64,000 nt of DNA from Candidatus Latescibacterota bacterium (GTDB lineage Bacteria > Latescibacterota > UBA2968 > UBA8231). Position 1 is the stretch's first letter. Every line of letters starts with the position of its first letter. Made by a program: the position numbers and the translations under genes. The notes beneath the pieces were generated by a model that saw nothing but the letters and a program-made list of their open reading frames with translations, searched no databases and was not told where the DNA came from. Shown here one piece after another: positions 19,764 through 29,943 of the stretch. The stretch is taken from the NCBI GenBank assembly GCA_965242865.1, contig CBDETK010000013.1, forward strand, positions 4,160,001-4,224,000, given 5' to 3'.

Positions 19764-19818
19764 TTAGGCACAATAAACGGCGTTCTCTCGCTTCCAAGCA
19801 AGGGAAATGTGGGTGCGA

Positions 19819-20889
19819 TCACGGCTCGACGAGGATGCGGCCGGGGTTTTCTCGGGTCACCTCGCCGACGAGCGCGGCGGCTTCCACGCCGTTTTGGCCG
19901 AGGGCGTTGAGGAGGGCCTCGGCCTCGGCCTCGGCTACGGCGATGAGCAGGCCGCCGGAGGTCTGGGCGTCGAAGAGGAGATTGGCGCGGGCCGGATCGA
20001 CGCCGCTGGCGACGGTGACCTTGGATTGCAAGAACCGCTGGTTGTCGAGAGAGCCGCCTTTAAGGCCCTCGGCGGCCAGCGCTAGGCTGTGCGCTAGGGC
20101 TGGAACGCGGGCCGCGTAAAAAGTCATTCCCACTTGGCTGCCCTCGGCCATTTCCGCGGCATGCCCCAAAAGGCCGAAGCCGGTGACGTCGGTGCAAGCG
20201 TGGACGGCAAAGTCCGGCAGGATTTCGGCCGCGGCCTTGTTGAGCGCGAGCATGGATGCCACAGCTTCGGCGAGGTCGGCTTCGGCGAGACGCCCGGCCT
20301 TGAAGGCGTTGGCGAGCAGTCCAGTGCCCAGTTTCTTGCTGAGGATGAGGCGGTCGCCGGGCTGAGCGCCGGCGTTGGTGTAGATGCGGTCGGGGTGGAC
20401 GAGGCCGGTGACGGCGAGGCCGTACTTGAGCTCCGGGTCTTGCACGGTGTGCCCGCCGACGAGGGTGCAGCCGGCCTCGGCGACCTTGGACTGGCCGCCG
20501 CGGAGAATCTGGTTGAGCACCTCCGGCGCGAGCGCGTTGGCGGGGAAACAAGCGATGTTGAGCGCGGTGAGCGGCTTGCCGCCCATGGCGTACACGTCGC
20601 TGAGCGCGTTGGCCGCGGCAATGGCCCCAAAGGTGTAGGGGTCGTCGATGATGGGGGTAAAGAAATCGACGGTCTGCACGAGGGCTTCGCGCTCGTTGAG
20701 GCGATAGACGCCAGCGTCGTCAGCGAGGTTGAAGCCGACCAACAGATTGGGATCGCGGGTCGCCGGCAAACCTGCCAGCGCACGCCCGAGCGAGTCGGGG
20801 CGCAGCTTGGAGGCTCAGCCGCCGCAGGCGACCATTTGCGTCAGCCGCTTAGTCTTTTTATAGGTGAATATCTTTTGCCAACGGTTCAT
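19819..20889 (-). CDS. selD: Selenide, water dikinase; selenoprotein with in-frame UGA at 20817-20815
   Basis: Reading through TGA gives KRLTQMVACGG-U-ASKL in frame with DDAGVY, QTVDFFTP, DVTGFGLLGH, DAQTSGGLL; exact start uncertain. Confidence 0.93.
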
Positions 20890-20962
20890 AATCGTTTGGG
20901 CAAGATAGCACTACACTATATTCTACGGCAAGCGAGGCGATACGCTAGAAAGGTGATGCCAA

Positions 20963-22423
20963 ATGAGGATTGCAATAGCGGGTTTTTCCCACGAGTCGAA
21001 TTCGTTCTATTCGCAGCCGACGCAATTGGAGGATTTCGGAGTCTGCGAAGGCGCGGGCCTGATCGGCCAGTACGCGGGAACTTTTCACGAGATTGCCGGC
21101 TATATCGCCGGGGCCGAGCAGTTCGGCTATGAGCTGTATCCGCTGCTAGCGGCTGCGGCGACTCCGGGCGGCCCGGTGACCGCGGCCGCGTACGAGCACT
21201 TTGTCGGGCGCATCCTCAGCAGCCTCGAGGCCGCCCCCCAGCTCGACGGGGTGTTGTTGGCACTGCACGGGGCCATGGTCGCCGAGGGATTCCCCCAAGC
21301 CGATGGCGAGACCGTGCGCCGGGTGCGCGCGCTGGTCGGCGACTTGCCCATCGCCGTGACCCACGACTACCACGCCAACGTGCCCCCGGTGCTCGTGGCC
21401 GCGGCCGATTGCCTGATGATCTACAAAACCAACCCCCACATTGACCAGCGGGAATGCGGCTTGCAGGCTGCGTCCATTCTGACTCGGCAGATTCGCGGCG
21501 AGGTCCAGCCCAAGATGGCGTTGGTCAAACCAGAGGTGCTCTTCAATATCTACTTCCACAACACGAGCGTCGCGCCCATGCAGCCGCTGATGCAGGCGGC
21601 GATTGAGTTGGAAGCCCAAGCGGGGATTCTCGGGTGTAGCATCGCGGCTGGCTACCAGTACGCGGATGTGCCCTATATGGGGCCGGCGATCGCGGTGATT
21701 GCCGATGGCGACCAAGCAAGGGCCGAGCGCGAGGCCGAGCGGTTGGGCGAGCTTATGTGGGCCTGCCGCGACCAGCTAAAGGCCGCGGTGCCCGGCCCGG
21801 CCGAGGCCGTGCGGTTGGCTGTGGAGAGCGAGGAAAGGCCCGTGTGCCTGCTCGACATGGGCGACAACATCGGCGGCGGATCGTCTGGGGACTCGACGTT
21901 TGTGTTGGAGCAACTGCTCGCCCAAGGAGCGGACGGCTGGGTCGTATCGATTTGGGACGCCGAAAGCGCGCAGGCGTGCTTTGCGGCCGGCGTCGGCGGG
22001 CCGGTCCAGCTCCGCGTCGGCGGCAAGACCGACGACATGCACGGGCCGACCTTGGCGATCGCCGGCCGGGTGCGGACGCTGCACGATGGGTCGTACGAAG
22101 AGCGTGCGCGTCGGCACGGTGGGGGCCGCTATTTCGATCAGGGGCCGACCGCAGTGGTACAAGTCGAGCACGACGGGCGCAAAGGGCTGCTCTTGCTCAA
22201 CAGCGAGCGCGCCTGTCCCAACAGCATCCACCAGATCACCTGTGCCGGAATCCAGCCCGAGCACCAGCGCATTTTGGTGGCCAAGGGCGCGGTGGCGCCG
22301 AGGGCCGCGTACGAGCCGGTGTGCCCCCGCCTAATTGAGGTGGCCTCGGGCGGAGCGACCGCGATTGACCGGCCGGCTGACGAGTATCGGCTGGCGCGTA
22401 AATCGCTCTATGAGTGGCGTTGA
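20963..22423 (+). CDS. M81 family (MlrC-like) metallopeptidase
   Basis: HESNSF, LHGAM, DYHAN, NPHID, DMGDNIGGG. Confidence 0.88.
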   Translation: MRIAIAGFSHESNSFYSQPTQLEDFGVCEGAGLIGQYAGTFHEIAGYIAGAEQFGYELYPLLAAAATPGGPVTAAAYEHFVGRILSSLEAAPQLDGVLLALHGAMVAEGFPQADGETVRRVRALVGDLPIAVTHDYHANVPPVLVAAADCLMIYKTNPHIDQRECGLQAASILTRQIRGEVQPKMALVKPEVLFNIYFHNTSVAPMQPLMQAAIELEAQAGILGCSIAAGYQYADVPYMGPAIAVIADGDQARAEREAERLGELMWACRDQLKAAVPGPAEAVRLAVESEERPVCLLDMGDNIGGGSSGDSTFVLEQLLAQGADGWVVSIWDAESAQACFAAGVGGPVQLRVGGKTDDMHGPTLAIAGRVRTLHDGSYEERARRHGGGRYFDQGPTAVVQVEHDGRKGLLLLNSERACPNSIHQITCAGIQPEHQRILVAKGAVAPRAAYEPVCPRLIEVASGGATAIDRPADEYRLARKSLYEWR

Positions 22424-22533
22424 TCCGGGCCGGGTGGAGGCGCGTCAGAAGCCCCAAGTCTGGTTGCTCGCCCTGCGGCCTCCGGCTATATTGTCGCAGA
22501 GGAATCAACTAAAACCAACAGGAGGAAACGGCT

Positions 22534-23577
22534 GTGACGCTTCGCATAGGACTCATAGGCGCGGGGGCCAATACCCGCTTGCAGCACATTCCCGGTTTTC
22601 AAGGTATTGACGGGGTTGAGATAACCGCCGTGTGCAATCGTTCCCGCGCATCGGGCCAACGGATCGCCGACGAGTACGGGATTCCCCAAGTCTTTGAGGA
22701 CTGGCGGGCGCTGATCGAAAGCGACGATGTCGATGCGATATGCATTGGCACTTGGCCTTACATGCACTGTCCGATGACGCTGGCCGGGCTTGCAGCGGGC
22801 AAGCACGTGCTGACCGAGGCGCGGATGTGCATGAATCTGGCCGAAGCGCGGCAGATGTACGCGGCCTCGCAGCAAACCGACAAGGTGGCGATGATCGTGC
22901 CGGCGCCCTTCTACTTGTCGGCCGAGCCGCTCTTGCTCGACAAGCTGCACAGCGGTTTTTTTGGCGACCTGTTGGAAATTCACTTCACTGGCCTTTCCGG
23001 CGGCTACGATCCAGACGCGCCGCTGCACTGGCGGCAACGCCGCGATTTGTCCGGCAACAACATCATGGTGATGGGCATTGGCAACGAGACCGTGCGGCGC
23101 TATGCCGGGCACGAAAAGGCCGTGCTAGCCCACGGCAAGACGTTTACGACCGAGCGGCTCGACGAGGAGACGGGGCAGCGCGCACCGGCCGATGTGCCGG
23201 AGAGCTTGGGTATTGTCGCCGAGCTGGAAAGTGGGGCGACCGCGGTCTATCACCTGAGCAGCGTCGTGCGGTTAGGCCCTTCCTTTAGCTTTGCCTTTTA
23301 CGGAACCAAAGGCTCGTTTCGGATGGACGCGGGTACGCCGCAGACGCCCGGCGGGATATGGATAGCTGGCGAGGGCGACGACGAGTACCAGCCCTTTGAC
23401 ATCCCGGAGCATCCGCGCAATGGCTGGCAGGTGGAAGAGGATTTTGTCGCCGCCATCCGCGACGGCCGCCCGGTGACGCACACCAGCTTCGGCGACGGCG
23501 TCAAATACATGGAGTTTACCGAGGCCGTGCAGATCAGCATGGCCGAAGGGCGGCGGGTGGAACTGCCGTTGACCTAA
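22534..23577 (+). CDS. Gfo/Idh/MocA family oxidoreductase
   Basis: IGLIGAG, DVDAICIGT, GKHVLTE. Confidence 0.88.
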   Translation: MTLRIGLIGAGANTRLQHIPGFQGIDGVEITAVCNRSRASGQRIADEYGIPQVFEDWRALIESDDVDAICIGTWPYMHCPMTLAGLAAGKHVLTEARMCMNLAEARQMYAASQQTDKVAMIVPAPFYLSAEPLLLDKLHSGFFGDLLEIHFTGLSGGYDPDAPLHWRQRRDLSGNNIMVMGIGNETVRRYAGHEKAVLAHGKTFTTERLDEETGQRAPADVPESLGIVAELESGATAVYHLSSVVRLGPSFSFAFYGTKGSFRMDAGTPQTPGGIWIAGEGDDEYQPFDIPEHPRNGWQVEEDFVAAIRDGRPVTHTSFGDGVKYMEFTEAVQISMAEGRRVELPLT

Positions 23578-23595
23578 TAACCGAGTGGGGGAACC

Positions 23596-23991
23596 ATGAG
23601 TCTGATAGTTGCTGAAGTCTATGATGCGCTGATCGAAGCGGGAACGTCCGAAGAAAAGGCCAAGGCGGCCGCTGGGGCGATTCCCTTCGCCGAGCGGCTG
23701 GCGACCAAAGAGGACTTGGATGAGTTGAAAGCCGCGACCAAAGAGGACTTGGATGAGTTGAAAGCCGCGACCAAAGAGGACTTGGATGAGTTGAAAGCCG
23801 CGACCAAAGAGGACTTGGATGAGTTGAAAGCCGCGACCAAAGAGGACTCGGATGCGCTGAAAGCCAGCTTTAACGAGTTGGAAGCCAGCGTTAACGAGCG
23901 TCTTGCTAAAATTGAGCGCGATTTGGTGCTGGTCAAGTTCATATATGGTCCCGTCGTTTTAGCGCTGCTGGTCAAAATAGCGTTCTTTTAA
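23596..23991 (+). CDS. Small coiled-coil protein with C-terminal membrane anchor (DUF1640/CCDC90-like)
   Basis: EVYDALIEAG.SEEKA, ATKEDL repeats, hydrophobic C-terminus. Confidence 0.75.
   Translation: MSLIVAEVYDALIEAGTSEEKAKAAAGAIPFAERLATKEDLDELKAATKEDLDELKAATKEDLDELKAATKEDLDELKAATKEDSDALKASFNELEASVNERLAKIERDLVLVKFIYGPVVLALLVKIAFF
23701..23865 (+). repeat. 33-bp coding VNTR (4 perfect and 1 degenerate unit; ATKEDLDELKA)
   Basis: GCGACCAAAGAGGACTTGGATGAGTTGAAAGCC in tandem. Confidence 0.95.
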
Positions 23992-24022
23992 GCGAAAGCG
24001 GCCAAGAGTGGGCCGAATGAGG

Positions 24023-24056
24023 AAGCGGCTGGGGCTTTTGCCTCGGCCGCTTTTTT
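24023..24056. terminator. Intrinsic terminator hairpin between convergent genes
   Basis: AAGCGGCTGGGGC-TTTT-GCCTCGGCCGCTT followed by a T run. Confidence 0.7.
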
Positions 24057-24844
24057 CATGTGAGTGGCTTGCCGCAGTGTGGGCAATGGTGCTTGGGGTC
24101 TTTGGAGCGGTGCGCCGCTAGGGCTTCGACAAACCCCGCGCCGAGAATGCCGGCCGGTAGCGCGAACATGCCGATGCCCAAGATGGCGATGATGGCGGCG
24201 ATGGTTTGGCCGAGGGCGGTGATCGGGTACGTGTCGCCGTAGCCGACCGTGGTCAAGGTGACGATGCTCCACCACATGGTGGCCGGGATGCTGGTAAAGA
24301 CTTCGGGCTGATCTTCGTGCTCGACAAAGTACATCAGCGACGAAGAGATGGACAAAAGGATCAGCAGCACCAAGAAGATGCTGACGAGCTCTTCTTTGCG
24401 ATCGGCGATGACTTGGCCGAGCAGGCGCAGGGCGCGGAAGTAGCGCACCAGCTTGAGGACGCGGAAGATCCGCAGGACGCGCACCACCCGGACAAAGCGT
24501 GCATCTACGCTCGGGGGCGGAAAAAATAAAGGGAGAATGGCCAGCAGGTCGATGATGGCTAGGGGCGTTAAGGCAAAGCGAATGCGCCCAGCTACGGGGC
24601 GCGAGAACCGCGGATTGGCGGTAACGGCCCATAGACGGACCACGTATTCGATTGTAAACACGGCCAGCGAGAGATCCTCAAAAAGCTCAAAGGCGAAACG
24701 ATTGAGGTTGTAGATCGGCTCGACGGTTTCGAGGATTAGGGCGACGATGTTGAGCAAGATCAGGAGGATAATGACCACATCGACGATGTGACCTTGCCCA
24801 TAGCTCGGCTCGATAAAGTGATAGACGCGCTTTCGGATGTTCAT
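24056..24844 (-). CDS. Voltage-gated potassium channel-like ion transporter
   Basis: TTVGYGD selectivity filter; Arg-rich S4 RVVRVLRIFRVLKLVR; C-terminal CPHCG. Confidence 0.92.
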   Translation of the reverse strand: MNIRKRVYHFIEPSYGQGHIVDVVIILLILLNIVALILETVEPIYNLNRFAFELFEDLSLAVFTIEYVVRLWAVTANPRFSRPVAGRIRFALTPLAIIDLLAILPLFFPPPSVDARFVRVVRVLRIFRVLKLVRYFRALRLLGQVIADRKEELVSIFLVLLILLSISSSLMYFVEHEDQPEVFTSIPATMWWSIVTLTTVGYGDTYPITALGQTIAAIIAILGIGMFALPAGILGAGFVEALAAHRSKDPKHHCPHCGKPLT

Positions 24845-24901
24845 CGGTTTATTCCCACTCGGCGCTAGCTGATTTGCGGTCGGCCCCGGAGCGAGAAAGC
24901 G

Positions 24902-25636
24902 CTAGGAGGTCGGCTTGCGCCAGTAGCCCGCGAGTAGGTCTTGCGGAACCCATCCGAGCAGGCGGCGGGCCTTGGCGTTGCTGTATCGGCCGTGGGGCGT
25001 GTCCGTGGTAATGTGGAAGATCTCGCAGCGCGAGGGCAGGGACGCCAAATCGACCTCTAGGCACTTTTGCAGGGCGCGGGCCGCGTCGGGAAAGGTGACG
25101 GAAAAGGGATTGGTGCCGCGGCCGAGTTGCTCGGCGGTCGGCTCGGCCGCGCGAAAGCTCAAAAAGAGGGTGGTGAGTACGTGGATGGGATGGTTGGCGG
25201 CAAAGATGCGGCAGATTTCTTGGCCGACCGACTTGCTGTGGGCGTAGAGGTTGATCCCGGAATGCAGGGGGACTTCCTCGTTGATGGCAAAGTCGTAGTG
25301 CTCGTACGAGGGGCCGACTTGGGTGAAGTGGGGGCCGGTGTTGATGAAGCGGGTGTGGCCGTTTTCAACCGCGGCGCGGATGCCGTTGTACGTGCCGGTG
25401 GCGTTGACGTCAAAGGCCAGCTTGCGGTCGGGGCGCAGCACCGAGCAGTTGATGGTTACGTCGGTGCCCTCGGTGGCGCGGCGCACTTGGTCGAGGTCCG
25501 AGACATCCACTTGCATGGTCTCGTGCGGGCTGTCGATGGGCACGATGTCGGTGATGCGGAGCGCGTAGGCGTCTTGGAGTTGGTTGACTACGTGCGGACC
25601 GAGAAAGCCGTTGCCGCCTAGGAGCAGAACCTTCAT
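24902..25636 (-). CDS. NAD-dependent epimerase/dehydratase
   Basis: GGNGFLG, YAHSK. Confidence 0.85.
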   Translation of the reverse strand: MKVLLLGGNGFLGPHVVNQLQDAYALRITDIVPIDSPHETMQVDVSDLDQVRRATEGTDVTINCSVLRPDRKLAFDVNATGTYNGIRAAVENGHTRFINTGPHFTQVGPSYEHYDFAINEEVPLHSGINLYAHSKSVGQEICRIFAANHPIHVLTTLFLSFRAAEPTAEQLGRGTNPFSVTFPDAARALQKCLEVDLASLPSRCEIFHITTDTPHGRYSNAKARRLLGWVPQDLLAGYWRKPTS

Positions 25637-26322
25637 GGGTTAGCCTCAAAGTTGTATTGGGGAGCGAATGCGAGGTGGCTCTTGGCATACTCAACGGAAA
25701 AGCGGGCACGGGCCGCGTCGGACTGAAGGTGGATGACGCGATACGGACCGGAGGCCCCCTTTTGCACGAGCTGGGCGATGGCTTGGGCGGCATCGCGCTC
25801 GTCGAGCCACAGCGGGTCGTAGAGCTGGCCAGCGACTTCCTCGGCGCGGACGAGGTGGCCAAGGCGGGCCACGGTGATGTGGAGCGCGTGGCTGTGGGCA
25901 AATTCGCGGGCCGTAAACTCGGCTAGGTGAGCACCTAAAACGGCCGGCGCACAGGAGGGCCGCGGCTGCCAATTCTCGTCCACGGCGAGGTCTTCTTCGT
26001 ATGGGGCGAACAGGTCGAGGGTGCTCAAGAGGATGACGTGTTCGACCCCAGCCGTGGCCGCAGCCAAGAGCAGATTGTACGTGCCGCGTGTATTGCGGTC
26101 GAGCCAAGTGGTCTGGCCGTCGCCGGGGCGCGGTGCGTAGGCGAGGTGGACGACGACGTCGATGTCTTTGACGAGCGCGTCGGTCTCGGGGCCGTGCCCT
26201 AGATCGCTCTGGATTCCGACCCCAGGCGCAGGGTCGGTCAAGCGCAGTTGGTGTGCGTCGCCGAGGCCAGCGGCTAGGGCTTGGCCGAGCGCGGTGGCGG
26301 CGTTGGTAATGAGTATGTGCAT
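25633..26322 (-). CDS. NAD(P)-dependent epimerase-like protein (atypical SDR)
   Basis: Start MHILITNA at 26322; DVVVHLA, NTRGTYNLL; lacks clear GxxGxxG and YxxxK. Confidence 0.7.
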   Translation of the reverse strand: MHILITNAATALGQALAAGLGDAHQLRLTDPAPGVGIQSDLGHGPETDALVKDIDVVVHLAYAPRPGDGQTTWLDRNTRGTYNLLLAAATAGVEHVILLSTLDLFAPYEEDLAVDENWQPRPSCAPAVLGAHLAEFTAREFAHSHALHITVARLGHLVRAEEVAGQLYDPLWLDERDAAQAIAQLVQKGASGPYRVIHLQSDAARARFSVEYAKSHLAFAPQYNFEANP

Positions 26323-26324
26323 AG

Positions 26325-27806
26325 TTAGAGGATTTGCTGGTCGGTTTGGGTGGGAACGATGTTGTGGATCTGGCTGTCCATGAGCGCGGTGGGCGACTGC
26401 ATTTCGAGCACGGCCTTTTCGTGCAATTCGTCGATGGTGCGGCAACCGGCCGTGGCCAGGGTGGCGCGCAGCATTTGAATGCGGATGGGCAACTTGTCGT
26501 GAATCGAGCCGATATGGGGCACGTAGCCGGAGATGCCCTCCTCGAAGAAGTTCTCTCGCGTCTGGGCATAGCGCCGCATGTTGTGGGCGCGCAGCGACCC
26601 TTCCATCCAGTACTCTTTGACGATGTCGCCGGCCGCCGTGCGCACGAGGTTGCCTTGGCTTTCGGTGTAGCCGGCAAAGAAGTGCCCCATCATCACGGCG
26701 TTGGCCCCCAAGGCCATGGCCACGGCGATCTCGGCCGGGCCTGAAATGCCGCCGTCGGCGATGATCGGCAAGTAGGCGTTGTGTTCCTGCTGCCACTGGT
26801 TGCGCGCCGCGCTGATTTCTATTAAGGCCGTGCCTTGGCCGCGGCCGGTGGCCTTGACTTCCTGCGTAATGCAGCCCGAGCCGATGCCCATGCCGACTTT
26901 GATGGCGTCGGCGCCAGCCTCGGCCAAAAAGCGAAATCCCTCGGCCGTGACCACATTGCCGCCGATGACTGGGGCGTCGGTGCGCTCCTTTAGGAATTGG
27001 ATCATCTGCCGCTGGTAGGAGGTGTGCCCGTCGGAGGCGTCGATGACGAGCACATCCGCTTCGTGTGCGATGAGGGCTTCGGCCCGCTCGCGGTCCTCCG
27101 GGTGAGTGGAGACGGCCGCGCCCACGATCAGGCGCTTCTTTTCGTCGATTGATTCGTTGGGATGCCGCAGGTGCTTGTCGAGGTCCTTTTTGAAAACCAC
27201 CGCTTGCAGGACGCCCTCCTTGGACAGAATGGGCAGGAAGCCGCGACCGTAGCGGATCATCAGCTCGTTGGCGGCCTTGAGGTCGCTTATTTCGCGGCCG
27301 GCCTGCACGTCGGTTTTCATGCGGGAGGCGACTCGGCAGTCGAGGTCGCGGCGCTCGTCAAAGTCCTTGTCGGTGAGGATGCCGAGGAGTTGGTCGTGGA
27401 ACTGGCCGCTGGCGGTGACCGGGAAGGTGGTATAGCCGGTGCGCTGGATGATCTCGACGACCTCGGCAATGGGTTGATCCGGGGCCAAGGTGAGAATGTC
27501 GGTCTGAAAACCAGCCTTGAAGCGCTTGACTTGGCTGATCTTGGCGCACTGCTCGTCAACGGGCTGGCTGACGGGCAGGATGCCGATGCCGCCTAGCTGG
27601 GCCAAGGCAATGGCCATGTCGCCGCCGGTCACGGCCTGCATGGCGGCGCTGAGAAAGGGCACGTGCAAATAGAGAAAGTCGCCCCCCTTGCGGCAGAGCC
27701 GGGTTTTGAGCGACGCGGTGGTCGCGTTGCCGTCTGTTGGCGTGTACCCAGGCAGGATGCGAAATTCTTTGAGGCTGTGCGAAGGGGTGCTCAGGACTTG
27801 GGCCAT
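26325..27806 (-). CDS. guaB: IMP dehydrogenase
   Basis: SAAMQAV, CBS insert, [31 protein letters not shown]. Confidence 0.9.
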   Translation of the reverse strand: MAQVLSTPSHSLKEFRILPGYTPTDGNATTASLKTRLCRKGGDFLYLHVPFLSAAMQAVTGGDMAIALAQLGGIGILPVSQPVDEQCAKISQVKRFKAGFQTDILTLAPDQPIAEVVEIIQRTGYTTFPVTASGQFHDQLLGILTDKDFDERRDLDCRVASRMKTDVQAGREISDLKAANELMIRYGRGFLPILSKEGVLQAVVFKKDLDKHLRHPNESIDEKKRLIVGAAVSTHPEDRERAEALIAHEADVLVIDASDGHTSYQRQMIQFLKERTDAPVIGGNVVTAEGFRFLAEAGADAIKVGMGIGSGCITQEVKATGRGQGTALIEISAARNQWQQEHNAYLPIIADGGISGPAEIAVAMALGANAVMMGHFFAGYTESQGNLVRTAAGDIVKEYWMEGSLRAHNMRRYAQTRENFFEEGISGYVPHIGSIHDKLPIRIQMLRATLATAGCRTIDELHEKAVLEMQSPTALMDSQIHNIVPTQTDQQIL

Positions 27807-27928
27807 AAAAGTCCTCTCAGCGTTGTCGGGAGAAGAGGGAAGGATAAATTATAAAAATTGCATTGATTTTGTTCAATACACTTGGTTTTCTTAGACAGTA
27901 AGCAAACCCATAACTAAAGGAGCGTTGT

Positions 27929-28165
27929 ATGTTCTACGAAAAAATTTACCCCAGGCAGCATTCAACCAACGGCGCGACGAGCCTCTTGGCCGGTTTTGTG
28001 GCCGGCGTCGTAGTCGGCGCGGCCGTGGGCGTTTTGCTGGCCCCGCACAAGGGCGAGGACACCCGGCGTCTGATCCGGCGCCAAGCCGAAGAGACGCGCG
28101 ATCTGGTTATAAAGGCCGTGGAGAGAGACGGCAAGGCCCCGCAGGAAGAAGAGGCCCAAGCCTAA
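27929..28165 (+). CDS. YtxH domain protein
   Basis: GFVAGVVVGAAVGVLLAPHKGEDTR; AAGGAG RBS. Confidence 0.8.
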   Translation: MFYEKIYPRQHSTNGATSLLAGFVAGVVVGAAVGVLLAPHKGEDTRRLIRRQAEETRDLVIKAVERDGKAPQEEEAQA

Positions 28166-29943
28166 GACCGGCCGTAGTTGAGGCGGTGGAGCCGCGCATA
28201 GATCCCGCCTTGGCGCAACAGCTCTTCGTGGCGGCCCCGCTCGCGCACCTCGCCGTGGTGCATCGCCAAGATCTGGTCGGCACTGCGGATGGTAGAGAGG
28301 CGGTGGGCGATGACGATGGAGGTGCGCTCGCGCATCAGCTTGGCGATGGCATCTTGGATGAGCTGTTCGGTTTCGGTGTCGATGCTAGAGGTGGCCTCGT
28401 CGAGGACGAGGATTTCCGGGTCAAAGGCGAGGGCGCGGGCAAAAGCCAATAACTGGCGCTGCCCGGCCGACAAGGTCGAGCCGCCTTCGGCCACGGCGTG
28501 GGCGTAGCCTTGGGGAAGGCGCTCGATAAAGGGCGCGGCGTTGACGTAGCGGGCCGCGCGCTCAACTTGGGCGTCGTCCATGGCGTCCTCGCCGAGGCGG
28601 ATGTTGCCGCTGATACTTCCCGAAAATAAGAACACCTCCTGCTGGACGATGCTGATGCGGCGGCGCAACTCGGTCGCTGGCCACTGGCGCACGTCGCGGC
28701 CATCGACGAGGATGGCCCCGCGCTGGATGTCGTAGAAGCGGCAGAGGAGGCTGACGATGGTGGTCTTGCCCGAGCCGGTGGCCCCAACCAGCGCGAGGCT
28801 CTGCCCGGCCTTTAGTTCAAACGAGACATCCTTGAGAATCCAGTCTTCGGCCGCGGGATCGTACTTAAAGAACACGTTGCGGAACTCAATCGCGCCGCGG
28901 CTGGCCGCCGGCCGATTGCGCGGGGAGCCACCGGCGGGTTCGGCCGGGACCGCCAACAGCTCGAAGACGCGCTCGGACGCGGCCATGGCGCTCTGCAACA
29001 GGGCATAGCGGTCGGAGATGTCCATGATCGGGCGGAAGAAGCGGCGGATGTACTGGAGAAAGGCCACGAGCACCCCCAACTCGATGCGGTCGTCAAGCAC
29101 GTCCGAGGCCCCGTACCACAGCACGAGTGCCATGCCGACGGTGCCGAGCAATTCGGTAAAGGGGAAGAAGATGGCATAGCAGTGGATTTCGCGGTCTTCG
29201 GCGCGGCGATAGGGCAGGTGCTCGACGTCGAAGTCGCGCAAATTGCGTTGCTGGCGATTGAAGAGCTGCACCACCTCGACGCCCGTGATGTTCTCCTGCA
29301 AATAGGCATTGAGCCGCGCTAGGCGCGTCCGCAGCTCGCGGTAGGCGCGCATGGCCAGCCCTTGGAGGTAAAAGGTCGAGATAGCGATGATCGGGACTAC
29401 TGTGCAGCAGATCAGGGCGAGCTCTGCGTCGATGTAGGCCATGAAGCCCACGATGGCCAGCAGGGTGAAAAAGTCCATAAAGACCGAGACGACCCCCTCG
29501 CTGAAAAACTCGTTGAGGGCGTCGATGTCGTTGGTCGTGCGGGTCATGATCCGGCCCAGCGGGGTGCGGTCGAAGTAGCGCAGCGGCAGCTTTTGCAGGT
29601 GGGCGAAGAGGTCGCGGCGCAGGTCGTACATGACGCGCTGGCCGATCATGCCGGTGACCAAGGTCTGGGCGTACTGAGCACCGTACTGCACGGCGACGCT
29701 GAAAAAAAAGGCCGCGATGATCCAGCGCAGCCCCGCCCAATCGCCGACGGCGATGGAGTCGTCCACGGCCACCTGTGTCAGATAGGGGCCGATCTGGCCG
29801 GTGCCGGCGGCGAGGGCAATGGTGCCGAAGGCGAGGACCACGCGCCGGCGGTGGGGCTTGAGATAGCCCAAAAGTTGCAGCGTCAGCCCCAGATTAAAGG
29901 CGCGTTCTTGGATTTCTTCTTCTTTATTGAGTTCGGTGCTCAC
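28162..29943 (-). CDS. ABC exporter, fused permease/ATPase (heterodimer subunit 2)
   Basis: GATGSGKT, LSAGQRQ, LDEATS. Confidence 0.93.
   Translation of the reverse strand: MSTELNKEEEIQERAFNLGLTLQLLGYLKPHRRRVVLAFGTIALAAGTGQIGPYLTQVAVDDSIAVGDWAGLRWIIAAFFFSVAVQYGAQYAQTLVTGMIGQRVMYDLRRDLFAHLQKLPLRYFDRTPLGRIMTRTTNDIDALNEFFSEGVVSVFMDFFTLLAIVGFMAYIDAELALICCTVVPIIAISTFYLQGLAMRAYRELRTRLARLNAYLQENITGVEVVQLFNRQQRNLRDFDVEHLPYRRAEDREIHCYAIFFPFTELLGTVGMALVLWYGASDVLDDRIELGVLVAFLQYIRRFFRPIMDISDRYALLQSAMAASERVFELLAVPAEPAGGSPRNRPAASRGAIEFRNVFFKYDPAAEDWILKDVSFELKAGQSLALVGATGSGKTTIVSLLCRFYDIQRGAILVDGRDVRQWPATELRRRISIVQQEVFLFSGSISGNIRLGEDAMDDAQVERAARYVNAAPFIERLPQGYAHAVAEGGSTLSAGQRQLLAFARALAFDPEILVLDEATSSIDTETEQLIQDAIAKLMRERTSIVIAHRLSTIRSADQILAMHHGEVRERGRHEELLRQGGIYARLHRLNYGRS

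Noticed and set aside
19819-20889. selD (and the Rdx gene) as nonsense pseudogenes
   Set aside because: Both TGAs fall exactly on the catalytic Cys/Sec position with downstream hairpins, which favours recoding.
23701-23865. 33-bp repeats as a CRISPR array
   Set aside because: Units are contiguous with no spacers, lie in frame inside a CDS, and no cas genes are present.
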